From positions 3,089 through 67,088 of the forward strand of contig JADLAR010000003.1 of assembly GCA_020848155.1 (NCBI GenBank): DNA of 64,000 nucleotides, read 5' to 3'. This document shows positions 58,822-64,000 of the stretch, piece by piece; position 1 is the first letter of the stretch, and each line of letters opens with the position of its first letter. The translations under genes and the position numbers were made by a program. The notes beneath the pieces were generated by a model. The model saw only the letters and a program-made list of their open reading frames with translations. It was not told the DNA's origin and did not search any database. Origin of the DNA: Candidatus Sumerlaeota bacterium. GTDB lineage: Bacteria > Sumerlaeota > Sumerlaeia > SLMS01.

Positions 58822-60522
58822 TCACTTTGGCTTCGCCTCCCGATCTAACAAAGACCCCAGTATCCATCGAGGAGCACCACGGGAGCCTTCGTTCCGGACC
58901 TTGTCGGCGCGACGGAGCGCGCTCAGGAGGTTGTGGATCTTGTGTTGCTTCTGCTTCTCGTCCAATACGTCTGGCAATTTGTCCAGCAACAGTCTGTCGA
59001 TGTCCTGCCTGCTGGCATGGCCGAACTTCTTGAGGTATTCGGTGACCAGCCCTTCGTAGTAGGTCGAGTCCAGCCCCCGGGACTTGATGTAGTCAGATTT
59101 GGCGTCCACCGTGGCGGCGACTTTTGCGGCTACATGATACGCTCCCCAACGCCCCTCGACCAGCTTCTGCTTCTTCAGAAGGTCGTATTGCTTTCGGAAA
59201 AGATTCTGGCCTCGCTGTACTCGGTCGAGCAAGATGGCCGTCTCCAATTCCAAATCAGGATTCTCGATGAGGAGTCGCGTGTAGCGGGCGTCGAACAGCT
59301 TGCCTGGCACCCGAACACGTACCTCTCCAGCACGGGTAAGGTCGAACTTCGGCATCGGGAAGCAGCGTTTCTTCTGTTCCACAAACATGCGTCGAATACC
59401 ACCACCCTGCGTGTCGATCATCCCCAGGCTCACCATCGCCTGGCATAGGAAAGGATTCCGATACAGCCTCGGCGGCACATCCTCTCTGATCACATGCTCC
59501 ACACTGCCAGGGATGAAGTCGCCAAGGTTGCTGAACACCAGTTCGTCCGGGTTCTCCACCACCAGCACGCGCCCCTTCGTCGCGTAGTCCTGATGCGCGA
59601 TGGCATTGTGTAGTGCCTCGCGGATGACCCAGGCGTCGTACTGGTCTGTTTCCACAGGGAACAGGGTGCCGTCGGGCAGATACCGTACCTTCAGGTTCCG
59701 GACCTTTGAAAAGAGTCGATCCACCGCCAGCAGCACCGGCGTTCGGAAGTCCTCGTAGTTCTCGTCTCCACCGTCGGCCTTCTTGAGACTCCAGCGGAGC
59801 CAGACCACCGCTGGTTGCAGAAGTGGCTCGGCCTCCTCCTTGCCCAGCAGAAGGATCGCTGTATTCGTCAACTCGCCCTCGATCGCGACCTTTGCTTTCG
59901 TCAGGAACTTTTCATCATCCCAACCGTCCATCTCGGCGGCGAGCCTTGGGTTCTTCCCCTTGAAGAGCATCCGTGCCTTCGCCATCGCCTCTGGGTCGAG
60001 GTGATCGTAGGTCGCGCGGGTGCAGACTTGAGCCGACCAGTCGTCGCGCATCCCCCACAGCTTCCGCTCCTTTTCTGGATGCTCGCGGAGTTTCTTCTTC
60101 GCCGAGCCCACACGCACCCATGCCTCCCGCTTGAACTCCACCGGTCGTTCGGGTGCTGGATCGACGACGAACAAGACAACGTATTTCCCTTGGTAGAGCC
60201 CTTCGTGGATCTCGAAGCCAATACGAGGTTCCAGATTGTGAGCCAGCCAGTTTTCCAGTGGCCCGTTGTCCACCCGCTCCGTCCGTGGGCGCAGCTTCGT
60301 GCCGACAACTTCGTGCGTTCCGTCCTTGATGCCGAACACAAGGAAGCCGTTCGGCTTCCCGCAGAGACGCGCCGAGTTGGCCATCGCGCACAAGTATTGG
60401 CCCGTGGCCGTCGGCTCGAAGTAGTCGTGCTTGAACTCCACCCACTCCGTCTCGGCAGGCAACGCTCGAAGCTGGTCCAACAGGCGGCACTTCTCAGGGG
60501 GAAGATCAACCTCCACGGGCAT
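58822..60522 (-). CDS. AlbA_2 (Schlafen-like putative DNA-binding) + HATPase_c_4 domain protein
   Basis: EWVEFKHDYFEP..GFLVFGIKDGTHEVVGT is an AlbA_2 pattern. Start chosen at the internal ATG at 60522 with GAGAGGAGG upstream. Track ORF extends to 60876. Confidence 0.55.
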   Translation of the reverse strand: MPVEVDLPPEKCRLLDQLRALPAETEWVEFKHDYFEPTATGQYLCAMANSARLCGKPNGFLVFGIKDGTHEVVGTKLRPRTERVDNGPLENWLAHNLEPRIGFEIHEGLYQGKYVVLFVVDPAPERPVEFKREAWVRVGSAKKKLREHPEKERKLWGMRDDWSAQVCTRATYDHLDPEAMAKARMLFKGKNPRLAAEMDGWDDEKFLTKAKVAIEGELTNTAILLLGKEEAEPLLQPAVVWLRWSLKKADGGDENYEDFRTPVLLAVDRLFSKVRNLKVRYLPDGTLFPVETDQYDAWVIREALHNAIAHQDYATKGRVLVVENPDELVFSNLGDFIPGSVEHVIREDVPPRLYRNPFLCQAMVSLGMIDTQGGGIRRMFVEQKKRCFPMPKFDLTRAGEVRVRVPGKLFDARYTRLLIENPDLELETAILLDRVQRGQNLFRKQYDLLKKQKLVEGRWGAYHVAAKVAATVDAKSDYIKSRGLDSTYYEGLVTEYLKKFGHASRQDIDRLLLDKLPDVLDEKQKQHKIHNLLSALRRADKVRNEGSRGAPRWILGSLLDREAKPK

Positions 60523-60874
60523 CACACGCCTCCTCTCAGACTGGCCGCGTTGCGACCCTTCTCTTGCGACCGCGACAAGCGCATGTACAGCGATAACGTA
60601 GGCATTGTTTCGCGCATTTGGTGTTGGGGTGTGGTCCCCGCTTTGGGAGATTGGGTTTGCGAGCTTATTCTCCTGAAAGAACGGAGCCACGCTGATGAAA
60701 GGCTCATGCAACGACGCGGTGAAGGCAACCTGTCTCTGGGGGATCATCGAACTGAAGGAGAAGCGGGTGTGCTCGTGCCTCTCGCAGGTGCTGGCGAGGC
60801 GGCGGAGGTGGGAATTGTTTTGCCAAAGAGTTTCCATTCGACTCCCGATGGCCCGCCGTGACTGGATTGAGGGC

Positions 60875-61951
60875 ATGAAGGTTGTCCAGCTAACAAGCCC
60901 TGAAAAAATCGAAGTGCGCGATGTGCCCTCCCGCAGTGAGGCGGGGCCGGGTGAAGCGTTGCTTCAGCCCATTCTTGTCGGCCTCACGGGCACGGATGCC
61001 ATGCGTTATCGCAAGGGCGCTCCAACGAAGGATGGTTTCCGTTCGCCCCACGTTCCCGGTGCGGAGTTTGTCGCGCGCGTTGTGCGTGTGGGTCGCGGTG
61101 TCGATCCCACGCTGGTGGGGAAGCGTGTCGTGGCCAACCCACTCGCTCCGTGCCTGAAGTGCCCTTGGTGTTTCGAGGGGAATCACCATCTGTGTCCCGA
61201 CATGCGCGTCCTCGGCACGCCGCCCGTTGCGGGCGCACTGCAACAGTTGTTCGCATGGCCCGCGAATCTTTGCATTCCGCTGCCTGATTCCGTGCGCGAT
61301 GAGGAGGCGGTGCTCCTTATTCCCCTCAGCATGGCGATCCACATCGCGGACCTTACGAACATGCCCCTGATGGCGAGCGTCGCCGTGATTGGGTGTGGCA
61401 GCCTGGGCCTTTTGCTGATCGAGGCGCTTCGCAAATCGGGGGCGGGGGAAATCCTTGCCGTGGACCTTGTTGCCTTTCGCCGCGACATCGCGTACCGTCA
61501 TGGAGCCACGCTGGCCTATGATCCCATCACGGCCATGGACGCCGTTTCGCGGTGGCCGCGGCGCGGCGTGGACATCGCCATCGATGTCAGCAATGCCAGC
61601 GAAGGTTCACGCGCTGCCGTTCAAATTGTTCGCACCGGCGGGCGTGTCGTCATCGCGGGGATTCCTGAGGACAACCGCATTCTCTTCAACGCCCGCGACG
61701 CGCGTCACAAGGAGTTGACGGTTCAATTTGTCCGTCGCCCCCATGATACGCTCGCGCGAGCGGTGCAGTTGTTGCAGAGCGGGTCGCTCCGGCGCATCCA
61801 CGAACTCGTCACGCATCGCTTCCCGCTCGATCAGGTTGCCGATGCCTACCGGCTCATGCGGGGGATGAACGAGGACCTCATCAAGGTCGTCATTGAGATG
61901 GAGGAGCCTGCCGCCGACGATTCGGAAGCGGCGCTGGATCCCAAGGTTTAA
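60875..61951 (+). CDS. Zinc-binding alcohol dehydrogenase (MDR family)
   Basis: Catalytic-Zn and structural-Zn Cys pattern (CLKCPWCFEGNHHLC). GCGSLGLL Rossmann. Start at the internal ATG MKVVQL. Confidence 0.72.
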   Translation: MKVVQLTSPEKIEVRDVPSRSEAGPGEALLQPILVGLTGTDAMRYRKGAPTKDGFRSPHVPGAEFVARVVRVGRGVDPTLVGKRVVANPLAPCLKCPWCFEGNHHLCPDMRVLGTPPVAGALQQLFAWPANLCIPLPDSVRDEEAVLLIPLSMAIHIADLTNMPLMASVAVIGCGSLGLLLIEALRKSGAGEILAVDLVAFRRDIAYRHGATLAYDPITAMDAVSRWPRRGVDIAIDVSNASEGSRAAVQIVRTGGRVVIAGIPEDNRILFNARDARHKELTVQFVRRPHDTLARAVQLLQSGSLRRIHELVTHRFPLDQVADAYRLMRGMNEDLIKVVIEMEEPAADDSEAALDPKV

Positions 61952-63078
61952 TTTCGCGGCACCGCTACGCGCTCGTAGCATCGCGCCACCTGCTCTGCGC
62001 AACTCCGCCAGGTGAATTGGCGCGCATGTTCGATCCACGCGGCGCGCTGCGCCTCGTGCGGGGGATGATCCAGCACGGAGCCAAGCGCCTTGGCGAATCC
62101 TTCGGGTGTGTCCTCGTCCGCGTAGGATGCACAGCCGCCTCCGATTTCCGCCAGCGAACTGTTTCTTCCGCAGATCACGGGCGTTCCGCTCGCCAGCGCC
62201 TCCAGCACAGGGAAGCCAAATCCTTCCTCCCGTGTTGTCAGTAGCACGGCGGATGCGGATGCGTACAGGGCAGCCAGCGTGCCGTCATCAACGTCGCGCA
62301 GCGAAACAAGCCGCGAGTCGCTCAACCCTTCCGGCATTCCCACTGTCACGAATTGAACATCAGTCCTTGCACAGGAGGCCGCGACTTTCGCGATCCAATC
62401 AGCGCGCTTTCTTGGTTGGTGCGCCGTGATGGCAAGGACGAATCGCCGCGTGATTCCCAACGCGGCCAGTTGATCCGTCCTCATCCCTCCTTGTGGCGAG
62501 AAGAGGTCGCCGTTGATGCCCGAGTGGATGGCGTCGATGTTTTGGCGATCGATGTGATAGGTTCCCGCCACTTCATCAGCAACGAACCTTGAGGGGGTGA
62601 TGATCCGCGCGACGTGGGGCAATTGCCTCGGGAAGGCCGCACGGAAGTACTTCCCCGCCAGCGGCGCAAGTTGCGCCTCATCATCGCGGAGGAAGCCAAG
62701 ATCGTGCACAGTTACAACCACAGGCGATCGCGATGGTGGAATGTAGTTCGCGGGTCCGTGCACCACGTCGCACGTCCTTCCCGCGAGTTGCTCCCAGGTT
62801 GGCCTTCGGGCCAGCCGCCACCCGTGCACCACCACCGGCCCCGGAAGGTTTCTCCGGACCAGGCTCACCCGCGGGTCATCCAGCAAAAAATTGTGCTGCG
62901 GCCCGGCTTCATGCCGCAGTGAATTGAGCAGCACCACGAACCGCAGGTCCGTTCGCGGCAGCGCCAGCAGTGCTCGCAGCAACTCCAGGGCGTAACGGGC
63001 GATGCCACGCGGCGAGGGCGCCAGCGTTACGGAAGCATCGTACCCGATTGTCAGCATGCCGTTGACGCTTTCCGTCAT
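61948..63078 (-). CDS. Glycosyltransferase family 4 (GT-B, group 1)
   Basis: C-terminal EGFGFPVLEALASGTPVI motif. Confidence 0.7.
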   Translation of the reverse strand: MTESVNGMLTIGYDASVTLAPSPRGIARYALELLRALLALPRTDLRFVVLLNSLRHEAGPQHNFLLDDPRVSLVRRNLPGPVVVHGWRLARRPTWEQLAGRTCDVVHGPANYIPPSRSPVVVTVHDLGFLRDDEAQLAPLAGKYFRAAFPRQLPHVARIITPSRFVADEVAGTYHIDRQNIDAIHSGINGDLFSPQGGMRTDQLAALGITRRFVLAITAHQPRKRADWIAKVAASCARTDVQFVTVGMPEGLSDSRLVSLRDVDDGTLAALYASASAVLLTTREEGFGFPVLEALASGTPVICGRNSSLAEIGGGCASYADEDTPEGFAKALGSVLDHPPHEAQRAAWIEHARQFTWRSCAEQVARCYERVAVPRN

Positions 63079-63120
63079 CCCGATCTAAATGCACATTGAT
63101 CAAATCGAAAGGCCTCGCTG

Positions 63121-64000
63121 ATGAACACACCGGAATTGATTCGCCGCAAGCGGGAAGGGATCGAAATTCCCGCCGCCGAATTGAAGGAATTTATCGACGG
63201 CTATGTGGCCGGAAAGGTTGAGGAATACCAGGTCTCCGCATTCCTCATGGCGGTCTTCTTCAAGGGGATGACGCCGAAGGAAGCCGCAGCCCTTACGCGT
63301 TCGATGCTGGAGTCCGGCGATCAGTATGATCTTTCCGGCATCGACGGACCGAAGGTGGACAAGCACTCCACGGGAGGTGTTGGCGACAAAGTGTCATTGG
63401 TCCTCGCGCCGCTCGTTGCCGCGGCGGGTGGCATCGTGCCAATGGTGAGCGGGCGCGGACTCGGCCATAGCGGCGGCACGCTTGACAAGCTGGACAGCAT
63501 TCCGGGTTACAAATGGAAGCTTGACGAGAAAAAGTTCCGCAAGCAGCTCGCGAAGATCGGATGCGGCATCATTGGCCAGACGGAAAAATTTGTTCCCGCT
63601 GATCGAAAACTTTACGCGCTGCGCGACGTCACCGCAACCGTGGAATGTGTTCCGCTCATCTGCGGATCCATCCTTTCGAAGAAGAAGGCTGCAGGGACCG
63701 ATTACCTGGTCATGGATGTGAAGTGCGGCAGTGGCGCGTTCATGGAGAACCTGGAGAAGGCGCGTGAACTGTCCCGGGGGCTGATTTCCATCGGCACGGC
63801 GCTGGGTATGAAGGTGACCGCGATGCTCACGCAGATGAGCCAGCCGATGGGGGTGGCTGTGGGCAACGCGCTGGAGGTTCGCGAGTCGATTGAGTTGCTG
63901 AAGGGTGGCGGTCCCGGGGATGCGCGTGAAATCACCCTGCAATTGTGTGCGGAAATGCTCGTGCTCGCGAAAATTTCACCGAATCACAAGAAGGCTCGCG
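63121..64000 (+). CDS. deoA: Thymidine/pyrimidine-nucleoside phosphorylase, 3'-truncated by window end
   Basis: DKHSTGGVGDKVSL. SGRGLGHSGGTLDKLD. Frame is open to the window end. Confidence 0.8.
   Translation, partial: MNTPELIRRKREGIEIPAAELKEFIDGYVAGKVEEYQVSAFLMAVFFKGMTPKEAAALTRSMLESGDQYDLSGIDGPKVDKHSTGGVGDKVSLVLAPLVAAAGGIVPMVSGRGLGHSGGTLDKLDSIPGYKWKLDEKKFRKQLAKIGCGIIGQTEKFVPADRKLYALRDVTATVECVPLICGSILSKKKAAGTDYLVMDVKCGSGAFMENLEKARELSRGLISIGTALGMKVTAMLTQMSQPMGVAVGNALEVRESIELLKGGGPGDAREITLQLCAEMLVLAKISPNHKKAR

Noticed and set aside
1-64000. CRISPR array, rRNA or intact tRNA genes
   Set aside because: No regularly spaced direct repeats or rRNA-like conserved stretches seen. The only tRNA-like sequence is the 3' fragment at 18977..19009.

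Overview
High-GC (~58-62%) bacterial chromosome segment. Prepilin/DUF1559-type proteins, FG-GAP proteins and a giant beta-helix S8 peptidase hint at a Verrucomicrobiota/Planctomycetota-like organism. The left 18.6 kb is a single-strand, translationally coupled ten-gene defence operon with three nested modules:

- An 'anti-phage-associated' DUF499 ATPase / DUF1156 adenine-methyltransferase / SNF2-helicase core.
- A DarT–DarG (DNA ADP-ribosyltransferase / macro-domain) pair. DarT is fused to an HD domain, and the entire DarG is fused to the N-terminus of the DUF1156 methyltransferase. A duplicated relic of the ancestral methyltransferase 5' end marks the insertion.
- A catalytically dead long-B-type pAgo followed by a stand-alone SIR2 effector, sitting between the methyltransferase and the ATPase.

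The two remaining genes carry HEPN/Abi_C-like motifs or have no recognisable domain. The locus is AT-poorer in patches. It ends at a tRNA 3'-end fragment (probable att scar), then small orphan ORFs, an IS3 transposase fragment, a second defence-type module (RecQ-PRTase fusion plus DprA/SLOG protein, PsyrTA/ShosTA-like) and an IS66 fragment.

The right 39 kb is ordinary, mostly secreted or regulatory chromosome: an NMO-like oxidoreductase plus pentaheme cytochrome, SugE/Gdx, a 1778-aa S8 peptidase, Ser/Thr kinase, ECF sigma, two two-component systems, a YHYH/MbnP-like/diheme-peroxidase cluster, an epimerase, a GH20 hexosaminidase, DegP, an alcohol dehydrogenase, a glycosyltransferase and a partial thymidine phosphorylase.

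No rRNA, intact tRNA or CRISPR array was seen. Many long ORFs in the track are antisense high-GC artefacts. All domain assignments are by eye from motifs, not database searches.
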